A DNA stretch of 63,799 nt, filler included, from Lama guanicoe (Eukaryota), in the NCBI GenBank assembly GCA_013239625.1. It is 79 parts of 72 records of this genome, joined end to end, with 100 filler letters (N's around TTAATTAATTAA, not from the genome) between each part and the next. Parts side by side here need not be neighbours in the genome. Positions count along the whole stretch, not along the records: positions 63,286 to 63,606 come from MU053495.1; positions 63,707 to 63,799 come from MU053495.1; 77 more parts are not named here. One strand, given 5' to 3'. The notes under the pieces were generated by a model. It had not been told where the DNA came from, ran no database searches, and saw only the letters and a program-made list of their open reading frames with translations. Positions 63,286 through 63,799 of the stretch are shown here, piece after piece (the first letter of the stretch is position 1; each line of letters starts with the position of its first letter). Position numbers and translations under genes: made by a program.

Positions 63286-63799
63286 TCCCCTTAGGGTTTT
63301 CCTAATGTCTCTGTGCCAGGGAATGCTTGGGGTGATTTCAGGATATCACAGTGACCGAGGCTGGCTCCCCAAGTTCAGGGAAGGTATTTCCCCTACTTCC
63401 GCGAACAAGGGCCTCCTGTGAATGAAGAGAGCTGCGTGGATTTGTCTCTCGAGCTCCCCCACGCACTGACAATGGTTCCGGAATCCTGAGCGTGGGGAGG
63501 TTCAACCAACCGTCGGCAGCGCGTGGGATCTAACGGAATGCCTAAGCTCATCTCCCCTGAGGGTTTTCCTAATGTCTCTGTGTCAGGGAATGGTAGGGGG
63601 GTTTGCNNNNNNNNNNNNNNNNNNNNNNNNNNNNNNNNNNNNNNNNNNNNTTAATTAATTAANNNNNNNNNNNNNNNNNNNNNNNNNNNNNNNNNNNNNN
63701 NNNNNNCTGAGGGTTTTCCTAATGTCTCTGTGCCAGGGAATGTTAGGGGTGTTTGCAGTATATCCCAGTGACCGAGGCTGCCTCCCCAATGTCAGGGAA
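63286..63799 (-). repeat. Satellite family A (scaffolds 63286-63606 and 63707-63799)
   Basis: Match to the family A monomer. Confidence 0.93.

Overview
This window is not a contiguous locus. It is a concatenation of about 79 short, unplaced mammalian scaffolds (about 0.1-1.3 kb each). They are joined by an artificial 100-bp spacer, N44-TTAATTAATTAA-N44, which has stops in all six frames; I counted 78 copies. tRNA-derived SINEs resembling the camelid vic-1 family suggest a camelid genome (inference). Repeats dominate. There are several tandem satellite families: a 267-bp GC-rich family and a diverged, apparently higher-order relative; a ~248-bp family; a 7-mer AGAAYNY family with 63/126/189-bp superstructure; a ~57-bp minisatellite with a 268-bp super-period; and a ~491-bp unit with TCC tracts. 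Also present are many LINE-1 fragments (one with a twin-priming inversion), MIR/L2/MER20/MER33 relics, LTRs, and a defective gammaretrovirus-like ERV gag-pro fragment that retains an MLV-type UAG read-through pseudoknot. Gene-derived pieces are an OR4-family olfactory receptor pseudogene and two open Pro/Thr/Ser mucin exon fragments resembling MUC3A. Most ORF-track entries are artefacts of N runs and satellites. I find no convincing novel multi-gene system, and adjacency between scaffolds carries no biological meaning. The satellite architecture and the ERV recoding signal are the best leads.
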